NCBI GenBank assembly: GCA_965644295.1
Contig: CBFFRP010000019.1
Coordinates: 224,170-288,169, forward strand
Origin: Paraphysomonas bandaiensis
Lineage: Eukaryota > Protista > Chrysophyceae
Reading direction: 5' to 3'
DNA length: 64,000 bases
Part shown: piece after piece, positions 1 to 13,174 of the stretch
How positions within the stretch are numbered: position 1 is the stretch's first letter
How the letters are laid out: every line of letters starts with the position of its first letter
Notes under the pieces: generated by a model
Databases searched by the model: none
The model's input: the letters and a program-made list of their open reading frames with translations, nothing else
Told to the model about the DNA's origin: nothing
Made by a program: the position numbers and the translations under genes

Positions 1-929
1 ACAATATAAAACCTAGTCATATACTTACAGTTCAGAGGACCTGAATCCAAAATACGACATACCCATAAGCCACACTCATGATACTGTAAGACTGATGACA
101 CACTCATGATACTGTAAGACTGATGACACACTCATGATACTGTAAGACTGATGACACACTCATGATGCTGTAAGACTGATGACACACTCATGATACTGTA
201 AGACTGATGACACACTCATGATACTGTAAGACTGATGACACACTCATGATGCTGTAAGACTGATGACACACTCATGATACTGTAAGACTGATGACACACT
301 CATGATGCTGTAAGACTGATGACACACTCATGATGCTGATGTTCTGATGCTGCTCTACAGTCCACTTCAATGATACTGCTTTTAGAAGTTTGTTCCCTGA
401 AAACCTCCTTTTTTTTCCGTTGGACTAAAAATAGGGAGATTTATGCACCCCTGAAAGCCAATGCAGCAATCGAAGTCATTCATTCAGTTCTGAAGTGAAG
501 GAAGATGAGCGCCATCACTCACAGCATATGAAGATCTCAAGATGTCCTGCGGATCATAGAGTGAGTTATACCCACAGCTTCATGGACCCTCCTCCCCATA
601 ACACTCACAGGGACCATCGCTATATGCATACATGCTACAGATAGGCTAGATAGACATACACGTACATCTGTGTTATGTAGATATGTATATATGAGCTTAT
701 TGTTATGTTTGAGTGTTTGTTTTGATGCTCTGTAAGCCACTAATATATTGTGTGGTGCGAGATGGTATCTTAGACAGTCACAGTGTGTAATCAATGGATA
801 TAAGAACGACTAGGTTGAATACCAAAGTTGACTAGGTTGAGTCATTTATTACTTGGACTAGGTTATTTCACCAAAAATAGCGTGACTAGGTAATTCAACC
901 AATTTGACTAGGTTGAATAATATTTCCCA
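1..929. mobile_element. Non-autonomous hAT-like element (GACTAGG subterminal-repeat family), left end outside window
   Basis: Clustered GACTAGG motifs 808-912; right end AATAATATTTCCC like the 17179-17435 element; internal blocks shared with 50230-51054. Confidence 0.6.
71..338. repeat. 28-bp minisatellite (CACACTCATGATRCTGTAAGACTGATGA), ~9.5 copies
   Basis: Direct tandem copies visible; only an A/G variant position. Confidence 0.95.
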
Positions 930-1033
930 TATTCTTTAACCTAGTAACAATATTTGAGTTATTTCGTCTAGCTACTTCAGCATGTAGGTATTTTCATAAA
1001 TTAATTAGAAGTGAAGTTCTAGTAGCTGCATAT

Positions 1034-1135
1034 CAGGGCTAAAAAACAATATATATTGCAATACTTTTGTTAGATAGCGTCTAACCAACAATTTTAAGCA
1101 GGCCCAACAATACTATTGCAATACATTAGTACCAT
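1034..1135. mobile_element. Degenerate hAT terminal fragment (TATTGCAATA family)
   Basis: CAGGG start and TATTGCAATA motifs shared with 22255-22445 and 22557-23845. Confidence 0.5.
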
Positions 1136-2179
1136 TATTCAGGACACCAACAGTTTGCCTGATTTAGTCAAAATTTCTTATAGCTATGATACGTAGTTAA
1201 CAGTGGCATAATTTTGGTTTAAACAAAGCTGCAACTATAACTTATATCACGAACAAGAGCAGACGTAGTCTGCCCTTACGAGAGGGTATGCATTTACATT
1301 ACCGCTATACATGAAAGTGTATTGTGTTAATTTGATATACTGCTTGATACTGAAACAATCTGATACGCTATGGACTTACTATTACTAATACTGTACTGTG
1401 GGCATGTGACGGGGTGTGATTGCAACAGGTAATGCAATGTATGGATTTTCACGTTAATAGGAACTTAAGTGATAGTAAAGAGTTTATATTGTGAATCAAC
1501 TGGCCTCTATGAAGAGGTGATAGTCTTACAATGCATAAAGATGACAATAGAGAATGATTCCACTTAACACTGTCGTATTATGGAATATCTTTACAGTAAC
1601 CGTGACATTCATGATATGGCTGCTGCTACTCTGCACCTGTTTCTGCAGCTACTTTATAATCTATATATATTCCATGGGTTTTTAGAGTCTGGTTTATAAT
1701 TATCCTGATATTTAGGTATCGAAATTGCGGTATATACAGTATGATATTCCTGTATATGGGAATACATCATAATACAAGAGAATACATCAGAATAATTTCA
1801 TAAAAAATTCCAACGTCTTTTGAGCAGTTATGCAGATGTACTCTACATATACATACATACATACATACACCATCTACACACATATACATGCATAGATGGA
1901 TGTACATATATATATATATGTAGACAGTCATGTCTCTGCTTGAATGTTACAATATTGTTGCATACATCTGAGTAATCTATTCAGGCAATTGATAAGTTGA
2001 GTGCGGAGTATACTGCATTCTCTACCACTTCACTGTGGTATAGCATCTAAGGAGATTGATATGCATATGTGTTTGTATTCTTATTATTGCCGTATTGTAT
2101 TCAACCCAATTTGTATATTCACTTAACTCTACTTATCCGACTCTGTAATCATTGATCTTTTTGTTATCCATTGTTTATA

Positions 2180-4743
2180 ATGAATCGTAAGAATCAGAGC
2201 TCAGAGGCCATTAATAGTAAAAGAGAAGCTGCACTTGTGAGACTAGCAGAGAAGAAGAAGCTTCTGGAAGAGAGGAAAAAGCGTTACAGCGAGTTAACAG
2301 ATGCAGTTTACAACTCCAATCAAAGCTATGTTAGAATGTCTAATGCACTAAAACGACAAGGTAGAGATATCCAGGGCGACTTAAAAACCTATGTCGACAA
2401 CAATGTAAACTTGGCTCTTGCAATGGCGGAAAATGAGCTCTGTGCAGAATTAAATGAGGAAGCTGTTGATAAAACAACTTATGTATGTATCATTATATAT
2501 GGGTTGATAATGTTAAGTTATTATTACATTTGTATAGAACTATGAGCTCGAAAACGTATCCAATGCTCGACGTCAACTAGTCGATAAGCTCGACGAATAT
2601 CGCACATCAAGAGCAAAGTTTGTATCTGCCCGTCAAGAGATTACTGGTGAAAGCAATAGGTACACTATGACAATGTGCTTTGATATATCTTTGATATATA
2701 TGTGCTCTGTAGAGCCCGCCAGGAATGCCTGGATGCTTCTTTCTATTGTGTTGACTTGAAGAGCCGTCTATCTATGGACCTCAAGCGGGCTCTCATGTCG
2801 AAATCCAATCTAACCGAACACACGTCATCAAGAGAACACTTGAGAAATCTCAATGAGGCAATCTCTGTTGTCGCAGATAGGGTTCTGGATAGTCGGAAAG
2901 AGCTTAAGGGATATTTTAAGAATCAGCTCCTCAAACTCCAGAGAGAACAGCGACTTATGGAAGAAGCAGAGGAGTTACATAAACAGAGAGAGAGAGCAAT
3001 GGAAGATGCAAATGGTGGGAAATATGTAATGTCATGTGCATGACAACATATATATTTATATCTACCTATTAATTATTAGGTGTGTCCACTGCAAATGAAA
3101 TTGATCATTTTCTCAAGTCCCAGCATCTATTTGGTGCGGACATTGAAGTCAGTGATGGTGAGTCTTCTCCCACTAGCCCACATGGTAAAAAGGTTCGTTC
3201 ATTGACCAGTCTAGAAAGATCGTCCTCTGTCCGTTACGATTCATCACCAACACGCGCACGCGTTCCACGTCCTCCAGCGAGTGGAAGTTTTAACCCTAAT
3301 ATATCACCTCGTGCTGGTAGCATGATTACTACCTCTGCAAGGGCATCAAGACATACACGTGCTACTCAATGGGCCACTGTAAATCTGGACACCCTTGGAG
3401 ATGAATTGGTTTCTGCGTGTCGCGCTGATGGACAAAAAAGCAGGTTGACAGCTTTGAAACGCTTCCTTCAAACACAAGTGATGCACCAAATGGCTCTCCT
3501 AATGCTCATTCATAAAGACCTACAGAGTTTGGATGCGCCTGCGAAGAGTACTAACCAAGAAGAAAAAGAAGAGGAGTGCATTCCACCCCGTGTTAATTCA
3601 ACCCAGCATATCGTAGACGATGGGGTAACCTGCACTCGCACAATGGGGAAGAAGAAGAGAGTAGTTGTCAAGCTTGGACCGCACTTAGCTGGTGAAACAC
3701 TAGATGACCCAGCTGCTGCTCTATATGTTTCATCAGGATTAAACTACGCACAATCGGTTCGTACTTCGCTTATAATACTATATTTACTATAGTTACTTTT
3801 ACGCTCTTCAAAACTTAAAATGTTTCAGATATGTAGGGAGGTTGGGAGTTATGAACAACAGCTCCGTGATGTGATTAGGCGCAACACAGCTACGCTTCTG
3901 CGCCACTGTGGCAATAAGAAATCCTCGAGTGACGCTGGTTCTGAAGATGATAAGCCGAATAGAGAGTCGAATACTCTAAGTAATGAAGAAATTGTAGTCT
4001 CTCGTGTAGAAACAAGCAAATCCGAAGGCTATGAGGAAGGTAGTGAAGCGGAAGATGAAATCGTTCCACTTCCGCCACAACCCCAAAGTCATCAACACAC
4101 TCCACCCGGCGAGTTGCGAAAGACTACGGTTGCGCCGGCAGACAAAGGAAGAAAAAAGAAGAGTAAAAAAAACAACCTGGGACAGGGAATGCAGTCAGGC
4201 CGTGTGTTAGAGATCCAAAAAAAGAAGATCAGGTGAAAATGCTGATTCGATGTTTCAGAATGCGAAGTACACTTCGTACACGAAAAGCTTAAGCACACAC
4301 ATTAATATTCAGCGAATAATATTTATTTTAATTGCTTCTTGTGTGGACAGGGATATGGAGTATGTTAAGAGGCTGAACCAACCTCAACAAGATAGTGCCA
4401 ACAACGAGTGTTCTGGTGTTGCGGAATGGTCAAATGAAAACAAATTTAGAAATGTTTGTGTCGATGTAAGCTTCGTACTATGCTGTATGTGACTCGTGAG
4501 GTGGAATGCTCATATTTTTTGCTCTAGATTCTTGTGTCTGAACTAAATTCTTCTGCTGATATTCCCATTGAGTTGGGCATGGCGAAGCTCTCAAGTATGA
4601 ACTTAATTCACGCCAGCGAAAAAAATTCGAAGAAAAAGTCTCTTGAGGAGCAGACTTCTCGACGCAGTATCCCTGTCGGCGGGAGACCTTCGTATGCTTC
4701 ACAGCATAAAAATCTGCTCATACAGGGGATGGGGGCGCTGTAG
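2180..4743 (+). CDS. Multi-exon coiled-coil protein of unknown function
   Basis: ORF segments 2171-2545, 2702-3043, 3082-3792, 3820-4236, 4534-4743 joined by short GT-AG introns (e.g. 2482-2537); charged helical N-half; 3' exon structure uncertain. Confidence 0.6.
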
Positions 4744-5276
4744 ATTTTTACATACATGTTCATACTATTAGCTTGTGGTAGTGTTGCTTAGCAGTGATTA
4801 TATTCTTGGTTCAATAGTTCTATTTACGCCTTCGTGATTTTTAATGCAATGTACTTGAATTTCAAGAATTCTAGTCTATTGTATCAAAGTTTGACATTAT
4901 ATGAGATGTATTAACTTTACAACTGAAGGTGAACTTATACTCAATGCTGAGAATTATACAATTATAATATCTCTTATCATTCACCAAATTCATGTTGTCT
5001 CTACTACCACTCTATATTCCGTTTCACTACTATATACTTATCAAAATTCATTAATAAGTACGATTAATAAGAGCACAACTCTATACTACTGTAATTTAAA
5101 AATCTTATAAATATAGCTTTCAATTGATCTCATATAGCAGAATTCAACGTATTGTTGTCCACTGTATCGTACGATATATATTGTGCAATTAGTAGAGTGC
5201 AGTAGGTGGTATGTGATACTAAATAAATAAAGAACTAGATACTGCACGATTCAATTAAGCTGGCTTTTATGTATAC

Positions 5277-8200
5277 TCAATGCTCAAGTAATTTTATGGC
5301 ATGTGAATTTTCCAGCCACAGTGTTTCTTTGCGCAACCCAAGCATCAATAGATCTGTAGACAACCTATTAAATACAATTTTAACAAATTATCTATGTTAT
5401 TATTTTCTAGCACGAAAACACACGTTTCTATGATAATTAACGTCACCAAAAGTCATATAACTTTAAAAGTTTTCCGAGTAGAGCCTCAGGTTGTTGAAGA
5501 AGTGAAGATACACGAGAAAACTTTTGTCCTGCCGAGGTGTCCCTTGTCAGAGATCGCGTGCTTCGCCGCAGCAAAAAGTTCCCACATTCGGCGGTTGTCG
5601 CACGACATTTATCTCCAGACTGTGCACGCAGCATGCACAGCAATTCAGGTAAGACATCTAATAAAAATGACCTTTTGAGAGTGGTCGCGTTCGGGAAGTT
5701 ACTAGCCGATTTATTAGGAGGCACATTCTTGACACACTCTAGCACAACCTGCATCTTTTCATTAAAAAGACGGGGCCGAAGAAGACACTTCGCAGTAAAA
5801 TTGGTAGGTGCTAAGTTATTCGACAATGAGTGCCGGTTGTCAACCAGGCTCAGAGCGATACCGGTAATAGTAGAGGCAATCATTTGAAAGCTGTCAACCT
5901 CACAGTCACTCAATGAGTCAACTTCAAAAGTATCAGCACACTCCCCGTCTTCTGCAGAACTTCCACAAGTGGATAGCACAGTGGATTCATCCACTAAAGG
6001 CAGCGAACGGTAATCGTCACAGTCATCCCACCCGGCAGTCTGACGTTTCACGAAACCTTCCAACAAGTCAGCATCAGACCCAGATTGCAAGTACTGTACG
6101 AGACTATTGATTTCCCCCAAATCAGAGTCCGTATCTAGGCTTTGATTAGGAAGAGGGAGCTGAAAGCAGTCACTTAGCCGAAACTTCATCTCAGTTTCTT
6201 TTTTCTCACTTTCATCATCACATTCTACAAAACGGTTAACGATATTACCACCGCTAACTAATCGGTCGGATTCCGCCTGGATGAGAAAGTGAGCAAGGTC
6301 GCCATGAGAAGGGGGAGGGCGCAAGGGGCGGGTATCTTCACAATGAAGTGTGGCAGCACCCGATTCATCTGTACAATACATTGTTAATGAAGCAATGCAT
6401 ATCACACAAGGCCACACAAAATACCCATTTATCGACCATGTCAATAGACGACATAAAAATATTTTCTGTATCTTAACTGCCTGAACATGACTTACCAACA
6501 ACATCTTGTAGAATAGGGGGTGCGGTTAATATTTCACCTAGCTTGTCATGAAAAACTTTCTTCAGTGTTCGAGCCTTTTGTGAGTTCTGAGACTGATCCC
6601 CTTCCCATAACTCACAATTCATCCAAATGCGATCTATATCAGCGACAAATTCATCCAGAGAGGCATACAAAGCTTCTTCAACAGATGATACAACGGTGCT
6701 AAGATCCATCGGATCGTTAACAACTTGCATGTATGTGGGGTGTTCGATTGGGTCAAGGGGATACATGAATGACTCGGAGAGAGGGTGGTCCACTAACGTG
6801 GCAAGTACACTCTTCATCACTGAAACTATGTCTATATTCTCATGAATGGGGGTGAGAGCAACTTGCTCATCAGCACAATCAGCAGACACATCTACCACAC
6901 TCACACTTCTATTATTTTCAACTGACGCTGCCCCATCTACAGCAGCCACATGTGCACATGGAGGCGGTACTACGGTTGTAACTTCATCCTCCTCATCATC
7001 GGTAATAATATTCCGAGACCTGCGCCTATGTTCCCCACCACTGGTCGGTTTATACATTCCATCCTCGTCTCTTTTACGACGCTTCAACTTAACCTGGCGC
7101 TCATACATTTCGTCATCTTCAAAATCATCGTCTGAATCGGCCGGACATGCACTGGATAAAGTAGACTCGTTTGTAACTGTGACTTTGGGAGTACAATCAG
7201 TGCTACTTTTATTCAAAGTAGAGACTCTGGAACGTCGCTTTAACCGCCCCCCTCTTCCTTTCTTTGTTGTATTTAGGACAGCTGGCTTGTGGGCGATCGA
7301 CGCAATTTCACTTGGAAGGCGGCTATCAGCGTAGGAGACCCATGCCCGACCGGCTCCACACACATCACTTGATAGCACTACCCCTCCAGTAGAAATTATC
7401 ACCGACACAGTGTGCACGCGTGTTGGTACACGGCATGTACTGTACAACCCCTCAGCTGGCTTGGTGAGTAATGGTGGAATAGCGAGACCCAACACTGAGT
7501 CTGAGTATACCACGGGTGTGAATGGTTTCCCCCCTATCCGTACAACTACAACAGCGAGATCCACTGATCCTGAGCGATCTACATCGTATACAGCCCGCTG
7601 AAGAAAATTCTTACCGTGCACATATATCGTGCCTCCTTTCCATACATCCAGTCGACGAGGCTCAATCGCCGTTACCAGGGGAGTCAACAATGAGCGCCTC
7701 GTATGACATTCAGAAGACTCTCCATTTACTGTTTCTTTTGGTTTATGAGTTGATAAACAAGTGAGTGAAGTTGGATAATCTTTGAGCGAGAATTTCAGTG
7801 TTGATTGTGATAAAGCAGTCACACTAGAAGATATATTTGTCTCTTCTAATTGTCTACCGATGTTATCTACGCTGGAGTCTTGATGACAGAGACGATCTAA
7901 TGCACTTCCAACGACCCCTCGTTCAACTAACCATTCGCTAAAGCTACCACTATAGGGCAATCGGTTCGATGAGCCTCCGCGAAAAGGAGACATGGAACCA
8001 ACCAATAATAATGCATTCACACATCCCCTAACATCACATCCGCATACAGTAGCCAAATCCACCGCATCCTGCATACTCACCCATCCTGTGAACTCACTCC
8101 GATGCCCCATTGTCCACAATAAACGACCAAGCTCGACTGCTCCAGGTGGATGGACATGGATGTGAATAGGCTCAATGTGAAATCCTGATAAGAACTTAGG

Positions 8201-10950
8201 GTCAATAGACTCCCCTGTCATGACAATCGGGCACTTGGAAGTACGTGACAATTGGTGAATTGTGTTCAAAAAAGCAGTATCCTCTTTTAGTACGATGTCC
8301 ACCTATGCAAAATATGGAAATATACAAGGTTGAAACCACACATAAACGAGAAATATGAGCAAAATGATCACCTCGTCGAATAAAATGAGATTCATCGCCG
8401 GTGAGTCTGAATTTACACACGATTCTGTCGACATACTCTTCAGGCGCTGAGACTGTGATGCCTCTGACACTAGCTTCTTTATGCTGGCTCCCGTACGATC
8501 TTGAGCAACACTAACTTCTATCACAGTAAATCCACATAGCACTGCACAAGCGTGCACCATGCTGGTCTTCAGGCAGCCAGTTCGACCTGTCAAGCTCATA
8601 TTAACAAATGAAAATACTGCAGTCATTGCTGGATTGAACAACACATGAAACAATTGTTACCTTCTATGATGACTACATTCGGTCCTTTAGCATTATCTGT
8701 TGCACGGCTAGAAGGGCAGAAGTCATCATCACTCATTTCCGCCTCACTTTCGTCCCCCATATACCGCTTATTATTCCGACCTTTATCTTTCTTTTCGTTC
8801 CTGCCTTTATCCACAGCCTGCTGCTCCAGCTGCTCCGACTGGACCACTGCATGTTGAAGCCAGTTGCGCAGCTGAACCTGAGCGGCGAGGAGACTCCCGT
8901 GTTTAGGCTTGGCGCAGTCACCACGATCGGATAGAGTGTGCATGAGAGATATTTTATGTAGTTCCACAAGACAAGTATTGACAGATACATGCAATGCTGA
9001 AAGGCTCATCGGTTGTTGTATCACTCCTTGACCAGTGCATGAAGCTTGGATGGCGTCGAGATCCACGATCTCAGGTTCACATCCTGCAGAGACGACTGGA
9101 GAATCTGTCTTACTAAGGTACAGTGAGTTCTTAGCGAGCACGTATTGTGTCCATAGCCCTCTCAAGTTTACAGAGTTAAGGCGCTCACGATGAAAAGAAC
9201 GAGTCCAATCAAAAGAACTATTACAAGAGGTCACGCAACTACAGTCATCGTATAGAATAGGCTCAGCTATTTCTCTAGCGCATGGTACCGGGCGACTAGG
9301 TCCCATTGAAGGCGGGGAATTGATATGCTGCCAGAGAGGAAAAAATGGAGCTCCCTATTCATAGTCCAAACAATGTAATCATAGAACGTTTTTTGAAAAG
9401 GTAAAACATACCGTATACATCTCCTTAACTTGTCCTGCGGATTCCTCTCGGGTAGATGTTATTGTCTGGCAAGTCCCCGTAGATGTACCTCCGACTGACT
9501 GTCCCGCTGCCCGTAACGAGGTGGTCACATTTTCAAAGAAAGGATTCACAGCTGGAGCCTTGCCATCTTTAGTGCGAAAGAATTCAGCGCTCGCTTTACG
9601 GGACTCGGACTTTTGTTTATGGAATCGTTCAACACGTTCCTGGGCCACCAGTTCCATTTTTTGCTTCTACTCATTACCTTCAGAATCAGCTACACAGACA
9701 TATAACCAACGCACCTTACTCAAAAAGAACACTTGTGCCTTCTTGTCACCATCATTCGGTTTCTTCTCATGTGTTAATTTGGACCTACTATCAGAGTCTT
9801 CAACTTGAGAGGTTTTACTACTGTTAGGAGGACGGACTCGTGGTCTTCTGTTCTGTTTTTCTGATTGTCGGCTGCACGCAACACCACTATCTAGATCAGA
9901 TTCTGACCCACTCGAGGCAGCTTCTCCTAAGACCTTCTTACCCTGAGCTTTGTGCGGTTTACTAATGATTGAATCCTCTTGAAAGTCATTCTCATCTCCT
10001 GGGTCACTATAAGTCACACCGGACACAATAGTACGCAATCGTATTCGTTTCACACATGTATCACCCATCGTAACACCTTGTATTGACGCAGTACATGCTG
10101 TTTCATCTTTAGCTTTTCGTCCACGTTTATCTTTAGGTATACTGTTCACAACATTTGTTGTGATAGTTTCAGTGCTGTCCTGCTTTTGCGAATTCGGTTT
10201 CTGTGGCCTCAAGAATATCGAACACACAGGTTTGTCTCTTTTTTCGTCGAGGCCGATGACCTCTGCTACAGGGAGATCTGAAATTGGTGGTATATCGACC
10301 TTTTCCGGGGGGAACTTTATCTCCTCCATACTGGAATAAGTCACTCCGCATACAACTGTTTTTAACTTTATACATTTCGATTCACCCCCCTCACCATCAC
10401 ATAATGTCTCTGTAGGTACTTCTTTAGACCTTTTTTTGAAGTTTTTCATAAAAATGGAGCAGATAGGCTTCGTGGACGTCTCCGATAAATCGGGTTCTAA
10501 GCCCTGGTCGCTACCTGTCACTCGGCGGTTAATCGATTCAGCTGAACAAGTGCTTCCCTCGTTTTTAACAGTACTGTTCAAATATGTGTCTGTTTGCTGT
10601 TCTGACTTCTGAATAACAGTACATAAAGACTCTGTAGAAATGTTCAATGTTTTGGATATACTAACACCGTCGCCTATACTGATATTCTCCACACGAGCAT
10701 CAGACTGGACGAAATTGGAAGCATCAGAACCATCAGTAATTCGCTGTTCATCCACAGAAAGCTCTGTACCATCACTGCTACTATCATTCTTAGTACGAAA
10801 ATAACGAAATATTGTTGAATTTGATTTCATATCAGACGAAATCTTTCGCTGTGAGTTAATTCTTTTAATTAAATCCCTTTCAGATTTATTTCTGATTGTA
10901 TTTGATACATTTGACAGTGTTAATATAGATGAAGTATCAAACAGAGACAT
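5277..10950 (-). CDS. ATAD5: ELG1/ATAD5-like RFC clamp-unloader AAA+ subunit with inserted IPT/TIG-like domain and bromodomain (multi-exon)
   Basis: Spliced Walker A IEG-RTGCLKTS, IEVSVAQDRTG, Walker B LILFDEVD, SKCPIVMT; long low-complexity N-terminus; bromodomain HPLSESFMYPLD..YMQVVNDPMDL..IWMNC in the same exon; 3' end approximate. Confidence 0.75.
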
Positions 10951-11503
10951 TCAAAAACAGTTTAATTGGAGAAATACATTTGCACAAGGCAATGGCTTTA
11001 ACCCTTCCAGGGTATACCAATATATTCATTAAACTAGCACCCCATATAGAGTGTATAGAGAGTATCATACATACAACTCTCATAATATTTTTTTTTTATA
11101 TTTGAATTTTGTATCTCTTGATTAGCTGCTGCTCCTGATGTTATGAGTAGTGACTTGAATACTGTGATAATACCGCTGTAGTTCAGTGGTTTACAGAATC
11201 CAAAAGCGCATTGAAAATGGGTTTATTTTTTGTAAAAGTATTGATTTTTATGTCAACAAGTTTAGTTGTGAACCGAAAATCAGCATTAAAGTCAGTCATA
11301 TCTACAGAGTAGGTATGATATGCAGCGAATATTCCACACATATGCAGAGTATGTTACAGTAATATTAACACTGCTGTCCTGTTGTTGAGTGATCTTTGCA
11401 TTACTTCTATACTCTCTTACTAATCATCCACTATACTACTAGTGGATATCTATACAATTACTATATACAGTATCCACTGATACTTCACTATCATTTCTAT
11501 AAC

Positions 11504-12826
11504 ATGGAAGCCACTACAGGACAGCCGGTATCTTCATTAACACGAGCAGGTTTTGATCCTTTCTGTGGATCGAATCAAGACGGAGAATTCGAGTCAATAG
11601 AGGAGTTTGAAAAATACATCAGTGACAAATACGGAAGCGCATCAGAGATCCCCAATATGAATGGATGGATATTTCAAGAAGTTGATTTTACCAATGCTAA
11701 GGATTATTTTCTGGACTTGCCGTTTGACGGGGCTAGTTTCTGGGGGTGTGTGTTTCCCCCAGGAGTCACAGATAATGACATAAGATCTCGGGGCGCTAAA
11801 CTTGTAACTTCGAATCCGGCCAAGCTTCCATTCAAACCGATGCGCGCATTTCTATATTCCCAGGAAGAATTAGCTGCAAGTGACTCAGACATATATAAAT
11901 ACTGGCTTGAGAATTCGAATTCATTTGAGTCACAGCTTTTTTATTCTATCCATGATTTTTCCATTATGGATGCATTGATGGATTATGCGGAGGGTAAGTC
12001 ATTTGTCGCAATTTGTGGAGGACATGCCATGCGCCGATCCGATGTCATGTATGGTCAACTGATGGAACTCGGAAACAAGATTGCCCATGCAGGCTTTATT
12101 TGCTGTACGGGTGGTGGACCGGGAGCAATGGAGGCTAGTAATTTGGGCTCATATTTGGCAGGCATTCAGCACGCGAAGCGGATGAAAACACGATCTGAAC
12201 AAGACGTCAGTTCAGAGCAGGATGATGATCACAGCAGTGAATCTATCCTCTCACGGGCGAGAGAGCTTATCCAGACCCACCCTAGCCCACCAGATGAACC
12301 AGAATATAAGAACCCTAAACCGGCGCAGGCTGTACTTGATGCCTTAGGTCCTTCTACTTGCTACTCGCCGTCTCTTGGTATACCGACATGGCGATATGGT
12401 CATGAGCCTCCAAACCTCTTCACAGCCTATCATGCGAAATTTTTCCAAAATTCACTTCGAGAAGCTGTTCTCTTAGAGTTGTGCTATGGTGGACTCATCA
12501 TCACTCCTGGAGGGCCTGGGACGATGCAAGAGATCTTCCAAGCTGCTTGTTGAAATGCTTACTCCAAGGAAGGACATGACTATCCAATGGTGTTCTTTGG
12601 AGTGGAATTCTGGAGAGAAAACGGGGTTTGGGATTTAGTACAGAAACAAGCTCGGAAATACTCATATACACGAATGTTGTTGTTGTCAGATAGTGTTGAC
12701 GAGATCATGGACCACCTTGTGCGATGTGCTGATGAAAAGGGACTTTCCCGGATCAGTGATTTTTCTGAGCTTTGTAATCCCTATTGGTTTTCAAAGTCAT
12801 CAACGTGCTCATCCTGTAGAGGATGA
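11504..12826 (+). CDS. LOG/SLOG-family (Rossmann-fold nucleotide-binding) protein with in-frame TGA at 12551-12553
   Basis: GGHAM, TGGGPGAMEA, GIPTWRYGHEPPN, PGGPGTMQEIF motifs; frame continues after TGA into PMVFFGVEFW; intronless. Confidence 0.8.
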
Positions 12827-13174
12827 ATACTATTTGTGTTCTAAATACTAAATACTAATTTATGAGTTCGTAGTATGCATAAAATTTGTTATTACTGCTG
12901 TGATAGTTAGATATCGATAGAATTGTAAATCGTTTTTATGTAATATATGTTGAAGCCATAGATTATTAGCTACGTTGTGTATTGCAGAAATCAGTATGCA
13001 TTCTTACCGCACAGTTTCAACATAGTTTCACTCTTTAACCGAAACTCTACTACTAAAATTGCACTTAGAATGCTTTAGAAAAATGATATCTCACACAAGT
13101 TAAGATAGTGCACATGTGAACAAACACGTTTTTCAATTATTGTAAGTTTGGCACTCAATACATATATTAAACGT

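Noticed and set aside
71-338. CRISPR array or hammerhead ribozyme array (contains CTGATGA)
   Set aside because: No unique spacers and eukaryotic context; no GAAA/stem II partner for a hammerhead core
12549-12572. Tiny GT-AG intron removing the LOG TGA
   Set aside because: The 20-nt option shifts frame; the 24-nt option recreates TGA; both are far shorter than the ~45-60 nt introns seen here
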